Counted from the first letter of the stretch, positions 20,213 to 29,997 are shown. The stretch: 64,000 nucleotides of DNA from an uncultured Candidatus Bathyarchaeia archaeon (GCA_964529745.1 CAZGZR010000002.1:1682-65681); one strand, 5' to 3'. Notes: a model not told the origin generated them from the sequence alone. Numbers and translations are program-made.

Positions 20213-20626
20213 ATGAACTGGGTTCTACGATCCATGCTCAAGTACAATAGAAAGACGCTGCAGATACTATGGCACGCTTTCGCACAGGAGAACTCCCAGT
20301 GGGCCGAGATCACCGTTGACGAGTTAGCGGAACGCCTGGAATCAGACCCCCCGGCACTGTTGATCGACGTACGATCCGGCGAGGACTTCAACGGGGGCTA
20401 TGGCCACCTCCCAGGCGCGAGGCTGATACCCATGCTGGAGCTGGAGTCAAGACTGGACGAGCTTGAGGAGTATAGGGAGAAGGAGGTCGTCACGATGTGC
20501 CCAGGCGGAGGACTATCCCTGGTAGCTGTTGACATCATGAACGAGGCCGGGTTCAAGGATGTGAAGAGCCTCACGGGTGGCACTGACATGTGGCACCAGA
20601 AAGGCTATCCAACCACGTTGGAGTGA
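20213..20626 (+). CDS. Rhodanese-domain sulfurtransferase (paralog 2, tandem duplicate)
   Basis: About 65-70% identical to the preceding gene over the domain (TMCPGGGLSLVAVDIMNEAGFKDVKSLTGGTD). An ATG at 20213 precedes the TTG/GTG-extended ORF start at 20192. Confidence 0.75.
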   Translation: MNWVLRSMLKYNRKTLQILWHAFAQENSQWAEITVDELAERLESDPPALLIDVRSGEDFNGGYGHLPGARLIPMLELESRLDELEEYREKEVVTMCPGGGLSLVAVDIMNEAGFKDVKSLTGGTDMWHQKGYPTTLE

Positions 20627-20628
20627 CT

Positions 20629-20877
20629 TTATTTCTGTCTCTTTATCAGGAACCGGAACCTCTCAGGGCCAAGTTCCTCAAATGAAAGGAGTTCCTGTTT
20701 GGTGGTTTTCGCCCAGATGGGGATGTCTCTCTTGCTGCCAGGGTCGGTGGTGAGTATTTCGAGCACCTGACCGATCCTGATCTTCTTGATGGCTTGCATC
20801 GACTTGGTGATGGGCATCGGGCAGTATAGCCCCCTCGCGTCAACGGTCTTGTCTACCTTAGTCATTCTTCCATACAT
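20629..20877 (-). CDS. TusA/SirA-like sulfur carrier protein
   Basis: CPMP motif (LYCPMPITK), about 80 aa. Confidence 0.7.
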   Translation of the reverse strand: MYGRMTKVDKTVDARGLYCPMPITKSMQAIKKIRIGQVLEILTTDPGSKRDIPIWAKTTKQELLSFEELGPERFRFLIKRQK

Positions 20878-20890
20878 ATTGGCTCTCCCA

Positions 20891-21586
20891 TTATTGCTCG
20901 TTGGCGTCGATTGCAGATTGGTTGAAGCCTTTGATGATCAACCACAACGCGAAGACCATTTCACCGATACCACCGGGAGCATTCAGCAGCAGGTACGTCG
21001 TTGAGCGTGACTCAAACCCGAAGATCAGTAGGAACGCCGAGGCCAGGAACAGGACGGCTCCAATTAGGCTCCATCCAGATAGCCATCGGGGTATCAGCTC
21101 TGATCTGTATAGCATATAGTAGAACATGATGGAGCCTAGGCTGAAGGCGAACTGTGCGAAGATGCTCTGCGCAGACCGTAAGGATAACACCAGCAAGCTC
21201 AGCTGAGTAAGAATCGCGTCTGATGATCCAGCTACCGCATACTCCTTGCTCAACGATAACAGCGCCAGCAGGCAGATCGTGCCAACGGTGAACATGATGC
21301 CCTCAACGAGCCTTCCAGCTACGTAGCCTAGAGCCATGCTCTGGTTCATCTTTCTCAAGATCGGGTACATGCAGATGGGTATCGATGCAACGGCTACTGC
21401 CATGGTGAACTCCAGCAGCGCCCCTATCCGTGCATTGGTCTCATCTGATGCCAGAATCCATACGTTGTCTATGCTCTCCGGCCCAAATATCGCCGGCACA
21501 AAGGCTACGCTCAGAAGGGGTGCCGCCGTCGCTATTAGAAATAGTGCTCCGACGATTCTCGCGGTGTTTCTTGGATTCATTTTCAT
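20891..21586 (-). CDS. Polytopic membrane protein of unknown function (DUF4386-like)
   Basis: 231 aa with 6-7 hydrophobic helices. Confidence 0.5.
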   Translation of the reverse strand: MKMNPRNTARIVGALFLIATAAPLLSVAFVPAIFGPESIDNVWILASDETNARIGALLEFTMAVAVASIPICMYPILRKMNQSMALGYVAGRLVEGIMFTVGTICLLALLSLSKEYAVAGSSDAILTQLSLLVLSLRSAQSIFAQFAFSLGSIMFYYMLYRSELIPRWLSGWSLIGAVLFLASAFLLIFGFESRSTTYLLLNAPGGIGEMVFALWLIIKGFNQSAIDANEQ

Positions 21587-21779
21587 CCTCTTCCTAATTC
21601 AGGGAGTGTTGGAAGACGGTTTGTAATTAACATTTGTTCCCACCTTTAGGCGAGCTTAAACTCTACCGAGCAATGTCACGATGAGGGTGCGTCATCTCGG
21701 GGTTGAAGTTTTACACCCTTAAACAAAAGCCATGAGCCGAACCCATCGGCTCAGAATAGAGGATAAAAGGGGATCAGAA

Positions 21780-22166
21780 TCACTCCTTCAGAGGCACATC
21801 ATATGTATACCTTCTAGTGTCGGCGTTCAACCCGTAGATGAAGACGAATTTCTCCTCTCCATCGTTCACGATCTTGTGTTTAGCCGCGACCGGTATATAG
21901 ATGGCAGTACCCGGGGTCGCGTCTATCACTTCCTCATCAACGGTAACCTTTGCATTACCCTCGAGAACATAGTAGAACTCGGCGTCGTCTTGGTGATGGT
22001 GCAAGTCGAGTACCTTACCTGGATCGAGGCTTCCTAACCCTATACAAAGATCGTTGGATCCCGTCTCTCTCCAGATCAGGCGCTTGTAGTTGAGCCAGTC
22101 CCTTGGGTCGTCGTTTCTCCGCCACGGGACGTCTTCTAATCTGACGGCCCTCTTCAATTTACTCAT
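21780..22166 (-). CDS. Cupin-domain protein
   Basis: GxHxHxxxxExxY-like pattern LDLHHHQDDAEFYYVLEG ... PGTAIYIPVAAKHKI. Confidence 0.65.
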   Translation of the reverse strand: MSKLKRAVRLEDVPWRRNDDPRDWLNYKRLIWRETGSNDLCIGLGSLDPGKVLDLHHHQDDAEFYYVLEGNAKVTVDEEVIDATPGTAIYIPVAAKHKIVNDGEEKFVFIYGLNADTRRYTYDVPLKE

Positions 22167-22358
22167 TGGGGTCCCTCACTCTCGAGCAAACTTTCTCTAG
22201 ATTTAATTTTTTCGTCGTACAAGGAAATTAGTAAAAAACAAGATACTGATCGATGATTGTTGGGGATGACACCGAGAAAACGAGATCTATCCTAATCTGA
22301 CTCGATGGTTTTATCCTCGCTTCACTGGGTCCAGGATCATGTGCAGATAAAATAAATT

Positions 22359-24317
22359 TTAGATATCCATGGCAGAGAAATAGCCCATGTGAATCGCCTC
22401 CATGGCCGTCGCCGGCTGTAGACAGTCTCCAATCACGATGAAATCCGGTGCGCAGCTGCGCAGGGACTCGACCGTCTCTGTTCTCGGCTTCAGCCCCACC
22501 GCCAATAATATCGTGTCCGCCTCGTAGAACCTTTCTTCTCCTTCCATATTCACTGCAGACACGCCTCCCTCCGTCACTCGTGTGCACTTTACGCGTGTCT
22601 CCAGCCTGACGCTTTTCTCAAGCTCCCTCATCAGCCCCAGCCAGTGCAGGTAAGGCGCATCCGCCGCCGCCTTCTCAAGCATCTCCAGGATGGTCACATC
22701 CTTGCCTAGGTGAGCGAGATGTAATCCTTCCTCACAACCCACCAAGCCGCCTCCGATGACTACCACCCTCTCACCTACGGCGTCTTCATCGTACATGCTT
22801 GCTGCGACGACCACGTTTCTGTTCTTTACCCCGGGCATGTCGGGAATTATTGGCTCGGCTCCCACCGCTGCGATTAATACGTCGGGGGAAACCTCTCCAA
22901 CAACCTCGGGCGTGACTTCCGTGTCCATCATCAATCTAATCGGTCGTTCCTGCACTCGCCGGATGAGCACTTCAGTGAGCTTCCTCGTATCCTCCTTGAA
23001 GTATTCACGTTCAGCGTACACCAGCGTCCCGCCGAGCCGGTTCCTTTTTTCGCATAGGATCACCTCGTGTCCCCGGTCAGCGGCGGTGATGGCCGCCTGC
23101 ATCCCGCCCGGTCCGCCTCCCACCACCATCACCTTCTTCCTTCCGCCGCTTGGTTGGACAAACCGGCTCTCGTACTCCCTGCCTATGATGGGGTTAACGA
23201 CACACCTGACGACGCCCCTCGGATGCTTCACGTATGGGGTGAAGTTCTGGCTGATGCAGTAGTTACAGCGGATGCACGGCGTGATGTCCTCCTCGTTTCC
23301 TTTTCTCGCCTTCTCCGGCAGGTAGGGGTCCGCCAAGAGCGCTCTGCCGAGGGTTATCATGTCCGCCTTCCCGGTCTCAAGGATCTCCTCCATGTGTGCG
23401 GGGTCGTTCAACGCCCCAACCGTGTTCACCGGGGTCTCCACGGCCTTCTTGATCGCCTCGGCGAGATACACGTTGCAGCCCCGGGGGAGAAACATGCTGG
23501 GGAACATCCTGAGGCCGGCGGCTCGATCATGGAACGTCGCCGCGGATACGTGAATCAGATCGACCTTGCCATCCAGTACTTTCGCGAGTTCAACTGTCTC
23601 CTCTAGCCTCATCCCACCCTCCGTGAACTCGTCGCCGCTCAGGCGTATCTCGATGGGGAAGTCTGGTCCACATTTTTCCCGTATGTCTTCGATGATCATC
23701 GACGCTATGCGTGCCCTGTTCTCGATGCTTCCCCCGTAGCGGTCCTCCCTGTGGTTGTGCAGCGGGGAGAACCACTGTGAAAGGAGCCAGCCGTGGCCCC
23801 CGTGGATCATGCACATCTGCACGCCGCCCAGCTTGGCCATCTCGGCCGCGTCTCCGAAGGCGTTCACCACCTGTTGGATCTCTGGTTCTCCCATCTCGAT
23901 GATCTGTTTGCCGTAGAACGAGGTCCCCGCGCTTGGGCCATACACCGCCCCGTCTGGTCGCTGTGTCCTTGACCGGATTCCTGCGTGCAGTAACTCGATT
24001 GAGGGAATCGCTCCATGTCTCTTGATCGCGTCCGTGGTGTTAATGAGAGAAGGCAGGATTCCCGGGTCGTCCAGCGGGGTCACCTTTCCGTGGGATGTTC
24101 CCCTCGAATCCACCATGCTTTCCCCTAGGGTGACGATGGCTACCCCGCCTTTCGCCCGGAGCTCGTAGTACGCTGTGCCTTCGGGGGTGATGTATCCCTC
24201 TGGTGTGCCGTGAACCCCCATGGGCGCTGATTCAATACGATTCCTTAACGTATAGGGCCCTAGTTTCATCGGGCTGAAGAGTTTTGGAAAACGATTCATA
24301 GTATTCCCTCTGTACAA
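22359..24317 (-). CDS. NADH:flavin oxidoreductase (Old Yellow Enzyme TIM barrel) fused to a C-terminal FAD/NAD(P)-binding domain (2,4-dienoyl-CoA reductase/NADH oxidase-like)
   Basis: OYE N-terminus (MCMIHGGHGWLLSQWFSP, Cys cluster CIRCNYC for a 4Fe-4S). Two GxGxxG motifs (VVGGGPGG, VIGGGLVG). Confidence 0.8.
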   Translation of the reverse strand: MYRGNTMNRFPKLFSPMKLGPYTLRNRIESAPMGVHGTPEGYITPEGTAYYELRAKGGVAIVTLGESMVDSRGTSHGKVTPLDDPGILPSLINTTDAIKRHGAIPSIELLHAGIRSRTQRPDGAVYGPSAGTSFYGKQIIEMGEPEIQQVVNAFGDAAEMAKLGGVQMCMIHGGHGWLLSQWFSPLHNHREDRYGGSIENRARIASMIIEDIREKCGPDFPIEIRLSGDEFTEGGMRLEETVELAKVLDGKVDLIHVSAATFHDRAAGLRMFPSMFLPRGCNVYLAEAIKKAVETPVNTVGALNDPAHMEEILETGKADMITLGRALLADPYLPEKARKGNEEDITPCIRCNYCISQNFTPYVKHPRGVVRCVVNPIIGREYESRFVQPSGGRKKVMVVGGGPGGMQAAITAADRGHEVILCEKRNRLGGTLVYAEREYFKEDTRKLTEVLIRRVQERPIRLMMDTEVTPEVVGEVSPDVLIAAVGAEPIIPDMPGVKNRNVVVAASMYDEDAVGERVVVIGGGLVGCEEGLHLAHLGKDVTILEMLEKAAADAPYLHWLGLMRELEKSVRLETRVKCTRVTEGGVSAVNMEGEERFYEADTILLAVGLKPRTETVESLRSCAPDFIVIGDCLQPATAMEAIHMGYFSAMDI

Positions 24318-24441
24318 TAACCTATAGGCAAAGAATCCTCATTTAAAATAGTCATCACAACGAAAATTTGTGCTCCTATCACTTTGTTTAGTTGCGTTTG
24401 CAATATGAGAGCAGGGTTCCTGCCTTAAACGATCCCCGTTC

Positions 24442-25344
24442 TCAGCTGGGGTCGTCTATCCTCCAGTGTATCTCTGACCTGAGGAGATGATATTCGTCGG
24501 TTCGACGCCTGAGCGCTCCGAGGGTTTTTCCCTCGCCTCTGATGCCCTCCCACTTACCGGTGCCTCCGATGAACTTGTACAACCCATGGCCCCTCGCGTA
24601 CCACCATACGTGGACGAGCCAAGCCATGTCGCCGTCCGGGTCCACGTCTTCGAGGAGCATCACATCGGAGAGCCTCTTGTCACCGCTCCACACCGTTACC
24701 CCCTTGTCGTAGCTTGCCGCGTAGCCGCGTGGATTTTGGAGGTTTACCTCTGTGGTGCTTTCCCCTATTAACACACCCAGTTGCGTGTTGATGATGAGCC
24801 TCAAGCCGCTGGCTAGTTCCTTGATGTTCTCGGTGACGTGGGCGCCGTGGAAGCTGAGGCTTGTCGCGTGGTTGGTGTATGGGCCCTTCGGTGGGAACGC
24901 TGGGACGGTTAAATCGTTCTTCTCATCGAGTTCCCACTTCATCTGGTAGCTTGGCATCGTGTGGTCATCGGCGCGATCCGTCACTCCTGTGATGGTGGCC
25001 TCGCCGGCGATTCCCTTCCACTTCCCTGTGCCGACTATGAAGTGATAGCTGGTTTTTCCCGGGCTTGGCTCCCATAGTATGCTCCAGGTCACGTCGCCGT
25101 CTGGGTCTATCGTTTCGCAGAAAGCCACCTGTCGAATGAACTTGCCCTCGTCATCAGCGAGTATGCTTCCATGCGCGTAGTACGTTGCCTTGTTCCAAGG
25201 GCTGTCCGCATTGTCGCTTATGATGACTCCATTTCTATGGTTGTCGATGAGTACTACGCCAGGCTTCACAACCTTCCTATTCCTCTCCACGGTAGGACCT
25301 AAGAATATGTATCCAGAGTCTTCTCCCCCTCTTTTTTCACCCAT
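24442..25344 (-). CDS. Hypothetical protein with two tandem ~110-aa homologous domains
   Basis: Internal repeat DPDGDVTWSILWEPSPGKTSYHFIVGTGKWKGIAGE vs DPDGDMAWLVHVWWYARGHGLYKFIGGTGKWEGIRGE. The start is chosen at MGEKRGG, since the ORF's N-terminal extension runs into the divergent promoter. Confidence 0.5.
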   Translation of the reverse strand: MGEKRGGEDSGYIFLGPTVERNRKVVKPGVVLIDNHRNGVIISDNADSPWNKATYYAHGSILADDEGKFIRQVAFCETIDPDGDVTWSILWEPSPGKTSYHFIVGTGKWKGIAGEATITGVTDRADDHTMPSYQMKWELDEKNDLTVPAFPPKGPYTNHATSLSFHGAHVTENIKELASGLRLIINTQLGVLIGESTTEVNLQNPRGYAASYDKGVTVWSGDKRLSDVMLLEDVDPDGDMAWLVHVWWYARGHGLYKFIGGTGKWEGIRGEGKTLGALRRRTDEYHLLRSEIHWRIDDPS

Positions 25345-25464
25345 ATTGTGTCGTTGTCCAATTCTGCTGTTGACTAGAAAATGTTTTCGCCATAAAAGCG
25401 CGTTAATATTAAAATACACAGGCTGCTCTGTGAATAGGAGCCAGAAAGGGCTCAGGATGATTGA

Positions 25465-26451
25465 ATGAAGGTCATCGATGTCCACAACCACGTGAACCCG
25501 CGTCCATTCCTACAGGCGATACACGACAACAGAGACTGGCTTGAGTTCACATCCAGTAATGGGGAGCTTGAGAACCCCCGCAACAGCTGGACCCTCGAGG
25601 AGCGGATCGCGGACATGGATCGCCTCGGTGTAGACATGCAGCTATTAACGATCTACGGTGACTTCAACCAATACGACCGGGACCTTGAACACTCAGAGAA
25701 CGTCGCCAGGCAGTGCAACGACGAGATAGCCTCCATGGTCGACGACTACCCTGACCGATTCATGGGCCTGGGGATCACCCCGATGCAGGACGCCGCGGCA
25801 TCAGTGGAGGAGCTGGAGCGGGCGGTTAACGACTTGGGGCTGAGAGGAGTCACCATCAAGGACCATGTCAACGGCCATACACTGGATGAGCCCATGTTCT
25901 ACCCCTTCTGGGAGGCGGCTGAGAGGCTTGGCGCCGTCGTCGAGATCCATCAGGGCGACACGGTCGTGGCTCATCGCATCACCCGCTACTTCCTGGAGAA
26001 CACCGTAGGGAACCTCGTGGAGCGCACCCTCACATACGGTGCCTTGGTGCAGGGCGGAGTTCTGGATCGCTTCCCCAAGCTGAGGATCTGCCTGCTACAC
26101 GGAGGCGGCTACGTGGCTTTCGGGATAGCCCGTATGGACAAGGGATGGGAGGCGGCGAGGCTGGATTACATGGCTGAGTACTCCGCCGGCGAGGACGCCG
26201 ATCAGGGGATATCCAAGCCTCCCAGCAGCTACCTGGGCTCCTTCTACTATGACTGCGCCACCTTCAGCGAGCAGACCCTGCGTTTCCTGGTAGACACCGT
26301 CGGGTTAGACAGGGTCGTGTTCGGGACCGATTACCCTTGCCCGATGGAGATAGTTGATGCCGTGAACTGGGTGAACGGCTTGGAGAGCTTGACAGAGAAC
26401 GAGAAAGAGGCCATCTTATCAAGGAACCCAGCCCATATGCTGAGCCTGTGA
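25465..26451 (+). CDS. Amidohydrolase-2 family metal-dependent hydrolase/decarboxylase (ACMSD-like)
   Basis: IDVHNHVNP HxH at the N-terminus, HGGG later, and a C-terminal VVFGTDYP (Asp ligand). Confidence 0.75.
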   Translation: MKVIDVHNHVNPRPFLQAIHDNRDWLEFTSSNGELENPRNSWTLEERIADMDRLGVDMQLLTIYGDFNQYDRDLEHSENVARQCNDEIASMVDDYPDRFMGLGITPMQDAAASVEELERAVNDLGLRGVTIKDHVNGHTLDEPMFYPFWEAAERLGAVVEIHQGDTVVAHRITRYFLENTVGNLVERTLTYGALVQGGVLDRFPKLRICLLHGGGYVAFGIARMDKGWEAARLDYMAEYSAGEDADQGISKPPSSYLGSFYYDCATFSEQTLRFLVDTVGLDRVVFGTDYPCPMEIVDAVNWVNGLESLTENEKEAILSRNPAHMLSL

Positions 26452-26606
26452 TCAACGGTTCTCTGTCTGATCCTTGATATTGATTCTCTGGTTATCAAGA
26501 AATCGTAGATTATGAAAAGATCAATGTATTGAAGGAATGATTCAAGACTTTGAGTTTAAATACAAATTATGAGTTCGGAGTGGGGTTCGAACCCCACCCT
26601 CATTGG

Positions 26607-27929
26607 TTATCTTTTCCGCTGTGCGATAAAGATGACGGTGCATATCAACCCAAGAACCAGTGCCACAGATGGGAACCCTGGGATCCCACCATCGTCCTCT
26701 GATTCAGGCTCTTCCTCGACAACCGGACTCGTCTCCTCCACAGGTTCCTGAGCCTCAATGGGGGGCCCAAGACGATAAACTTGGACCCTACCCGTCTGAT
26801 CAACCTCGTCGATGTCCGCCCAAGGCTCACCCACCACAATATTATCGCCGTCGATGGCAACATCAAACCCAAACGCGGCCCGCGGGCAAGGCTCAGGCGC
26901 CGTAAGGTTCTGTAGAAGGCTCCCGTCAACGTCGAACACATACGCCTTTCCCTCGTACATAAACGGATTGACGTCGGCATCCCACTCCCCCACCACCACC
27001 CTGTCCCCGTCGATGGCCACGCTGTCACCGAATACCCCACTTAACTTTGGTTTCGGCGACTGCAGAGTATGTAGATGCTCCCCATCGGTGTTAAAAATAT
27101 ACGCTCTTCCTGCCCTAGAGACGCCGTCCACAGTTGCATAGCTCTCACCTATGACGATAAGGTCTCCTGAGGTGTCTATCGATGTACCGAACATTGCTTG
27201 GTCCTCTGGCTCAGGGGCCTGCAGGGTCATTAGGTGGTCGCCACTTTGATTGTACGCGTATACGCTGCCTGGGCTTAGGGGATTAGTTTCCTTGCCGCAT
27301 TCGCCGAGAAGTATTAGGGTTTCAGTGACCTCTATTATTCGCCCGAATCTTGCCCCCACCTTTGGTGTGGGCGCGTGTAGCGTCGTCATGTATTCTCCTT
27401 CGTTGTCGAACATGTGGGCTATGCCTTCACTCGTGTCCTCATAGATCACAGTTATGTCCTCATTGATGCCTGCGGTGCCAAAGTTTCCTCCTTGCCGTGG
27501 CTCTGGTGATTGTAGGGTCATCCGGTATGTCCCATCTGTGGTAAACACGTGCGCCTTACCCGCATCCCGTAAACCATCAACATCAGCTAACTTTTCTTTT
27601 ATGATGATGATGTCGCCGAATAGATCGAGTCTCCAACCAAAGTTGTAGACGTTTCCCGGGTCGGGTGACTGCAGTGCTGAGATCAGGGTCCCGTCAACAT
27701 CGTATATGTATACTTTCCCTGCGTCTAGAAAGTCGTCAACGTCGGCGTAAGGTTCGCTGACTAATATTATGTTACCACTTATTTTCACCTGGTAGCCATA
27801 CCATGCACCCTTCTCGGGGTTCGGCGACTCTAGAGTCAAGACATGGGTGTATTCTTCGTCTGCTGCATATATACCAAGTATCTGTGCTAGGATGACTGTT
27901 AAAACCAATAGAATTTTTATTTTCACCAT
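26607..27929 (-). CDS. Secreted FG-GAP-repeat beta-propeller protein with C-terminal PGF-CTERM archaeosortase sorting signal
   Basis: Signal peptide. About 8 repeats of the form LQSPxP..FG.S..I.GD.I.VGE.....G.aYvF. A Pro/Glu-rich linker is followed by GIPGFPSVALVLGLICTVIFIAQRKR. Confidence 0.7.
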   Translation of the reverse strand: MVKIKILLVLTVILAQILGIYAADEEYTHVLTLESPNPEKGAWYGYQVKISGNIILVSEPYADVDDFLDAGKVYIYDVDGTLISALQSPDPGNVYNFGWRLDLFGDIIIIKEKLADVDGLRDAGKAHVFTTDGTYRMTLQSPEPRQGGNFGTAGINEDITVIYEDTSEGIAHMFDNEGEYMTTLHAPTPKVGARFGRIIEVTETLILLGECGKETNPLSPGSVYAYNQSGDHLMTLQAPEPEDQAMFGTSIDTSGDLIVIGESYATVDGVSRAGRAYIFNTDGEHLHTLQSPKPKLSGVFGDSVAIDGDRVVVGEWDADVNPFMYEGKAYVFDVDGSLLQNLTAPEPCPRAAFGFDVAIDGDNIVVGEPWADIDEVDQTGRVQVYRLGPPIEAQEPVEETSPVVEEEPESEDDGGIPGFPSVALVLGLICTVIFIAQRKR

Positions 27930-28256
27930 GTTTCTCTCCTCGTTTTCTCAATCGCCATTAATTGTAACTATGTTCATATGTTAACCATCGCTGACCGTTA
28001 GCAATAGAACTTGGTTCTAATTAGCTGTATTAGATATTTAATGGTTTACAGTGAGTGAAAGAGGCCTAATCGATGATGTTATCCTCACACCGAATGGAGT
28101 ATAGCCGCTAACAGGGGGGACCAGTAACCCAGTCATTTCCATGCCTCTAAGAAGTAAACAAGCCCCAAAACAGACTGTTTTTCCATGAATCATATACCAA
28201 AGTGTAATCCACCGAATCAATATGCGCTGTTTATCTGTCAATGATACAAGAATATT

Positions 28257-28272
28257 GGTGCGGGAGTGGGGT
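28257..28272. repeat. att-like partial copy C of tRNA-Leu 3' end (ggtgcgggagtggggt), with an atttacaggtaaa arm-like motif 10 bp downstream (28283-28295)
   Basis: 15/16 identity to 31934-31949 of the tRNA-Leu gene. Confidence 0.45.
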
Positions 28273-28413
28273 GCCCACACCGATTTACAGGTAAATTGTT
28301 GCATGCGCGTAGAAGTTAAACCACGCGCGCCCAGCAAAGAGATCAATGTCGAATGCTCAAGGTTGATACATGTTTGACCATTAGATTCCGTCGAGCATAT
28401 TTTGTATGTAGAT

Positions 28414-29247
28414 TCAGATTTGGGAGGGACCCTGCATGATGACGTCCTTAATTTTCTCATAGCCTCCAGTCCAGTCACTGACTAACTCCAACCACCAATT
28501 AACCCCCGCATCTTGAAAATCCCGAATGGCCCCTTCTTTATCATCGCCTTTAGCAGCATCGAAACTTATCTTCACGATGTCATATGGATGACGTAAACCA
28601 TGCTTTTCCATGTACTCAACCATATTCCGATAATCATCAGGCGTTAACTGATTCCTATAGTCTTCACTTAGTGGAACCACTCCATCCAGATTGGCTGCCC
28701 TTCTAAAGGGTCCTTTCTTTGGCCAGGTACCGGCGCCCCATACCTTTATACTAGGTTTCTGGACGGGTCTCGGACGGAATCTTACTTTATCGATCGTGTA
28801 ATATTTGCCTGCGTAGCTGAAGTCCTCTCCACTCCATAAGCCATATAGAATCTCAAGGTGTTCGTCAGCCATCTCCGCCATTACTCTAGGGCTTGTCTCT
28901 TCATTCATCAAGGATAATTCGCTGGGACCTCCTAGTCCTACTCCGAGTATTAAGCGTCCTTCTGAGAGTATGTCTAGGGTCGCTGTCTCTCTGGCCAGTT
29001 TCCACGGTCTTCTTCTCGTTAACGGGGTCACCGTGGTACCGATATGGATCTTTTCGGTGTTCTCGGCTACACTGGTTAAGGCGATGAAGGGATCAACGGT
29101 GTCTGGGAAACCTTCCGTGTTAACGATATGGTCCCATAGAAAGAACCCATCCCATCCGGATTTCTCGGCTTCTGATGCTAACTTAGTTACATGTTTGGGG
29201 CTTCCAAACGTGTTACCAAAATTTGGCGCATATAATCCAAACTTCAT
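28414..29247 (-). CDS. LLM-class (luciferase-like) flavin/F420-dependent oxidoreductase
   Basis: TIM-barrel LLM motifs (GTTVTPLTRRRPWKLARETATLDILSEGRLILGVGLGG). Confidence 0.75.
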   Translation of the reverse strand: MKFGLYAPNFGNTFGSPKHVTKLASEAEKSGWDGFFLWDHIVNTEGFPDTVDPFIALTSVAENTEKIHIGTTVTPLTRRRPWKLARETATLDILSEGRLILGVGLGGPSELSLMNEETSPRVMAEMADEHLEILYGLWSGEDFSYAGKYYTIDKVRFRPRPVQKPSIKVWGAGTWPKKGPFRRAANLDGVVPLSEDYRNQLTPDDYRNMVEYMEKHGLRHPYDIVKISFDAAKGDDKEGAIRDFQDAGVNWWLELVSDWTGGYEKIKDVIMQGPSQI

Positions 29248-29360
29248 TGTTCGATTCCATAGGACTATTAGAATTGATGCGTTTAGATTTTATCAAGTCA
29301 TTAATTACTGTCATCGAGCCTTTTTTCTTATGACAACCTCTGATAATTTACAGGTAAAAC

Positions 29361-29376
29361 GGTGCGGGGGTGGGGT
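29361..29376. repeat. att-like partial copy B of tRNA-Leu 3' end (ggtgcgggggtggggt), preceded by atttacaggtaaa (29346-29358)
   Basis: 16/17 identity to the tRNA-Leu 3' acceptor/T-stem. Confidence 0.5.
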
Positions 29377-29651
29377 CTAATCCAAATAAAAAATCGTTAT
29401 CCCCCGAATCTTTCTTTCTTTTTTTCATTTCATGCATCTAGGGCGGACTTCTTGCCTGCGATATGTCTCAAAGAAATGTTGAGTGGACTAATGGGTTACT
29501 GAGGTACACGTTAAAAGTCTTTCAGGTTAAAGAGTTCAAGGCTCGTCCTAAGACGATACTCCAGCATTCGCTGGGTAATAAACGGATAATTAATTTTATA
29601 GATAGTTCATTTTAAAGGAAAGAGTTATAATAAATAATTGATTTTTATAAA

Positions 29652-29930
29652 TTAAATTATGTTTAATAAATCTTGGTAAGCATTATGACAGGTATCTCTC
29701 ATTGTAGAGTTTATCTGAAAATCTCCATATCTTGCCCAACGACTGATGTAAAAAGAGCATAAATAATCTTGAGCATAATTTTTCAAATGTCTTGAAACAA
29801 GTTTATTACGAATTTCATGATTTTTTGGGTGAATTGGTGTAGGAAGCCCCGCAAAAAATTTATCGACACAGTGTAAGGCGCCATAAAATAAAATTGTAGA
29901 TTCCCAATCAAGAAATTTACGAGAATTCAT
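29652..29930 (-). CDS. Small AT-rich protein with a HEPN-like Rx6H motif (candidate RNase/toxin)
   Basis: 92 aa. EIRNKLVSRH fits R[N]x4-6H. It is the last gene of a co-oriented AT-rich 3-gene cassette. Confidence 0.4.
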   Translation of the reverse strand: MNSRKFLDWESTILFYGALHCVDKFFAGLPTPIHPKNHEIRNKLVSRHLKNYAQDYLCSFYISRWARYGDFQINSTMRDTCHNAYQDLLNII

Positions 29931-29997
29931 ATCTAATACATTATAAGCATCATAATTTGATTTTAGAAGAGAGTCATGTTCCTGTTGAGTTGGTATA

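Noticed and set aside
20646-20843. 65-aa ORF nested in the TusA-like gene in another frame
   Set aside because: The TusA-like frame has the diagnostic CPxP motif. The nested frame is Arg/Ser/Pro-rich.
26571-26606. Possible tRNA fragment or att copy (gtggggttcgaaccccac)
   Set aside because: It is only a T-arm-like hairpin with no acceptor-stem match. Its position between convergent genes fits a terminator structure, so it is kept only as part of the hairpin-family observation.
28038-28478. 146-aa minus ORF in the 480-bp region left of the LLM oxidoreductase
   Set aside because: It overlaps att-like copy C and the promoter region, and is Cys/Thr/Ser-rich with no features. It is more likely non-coding integration debris.
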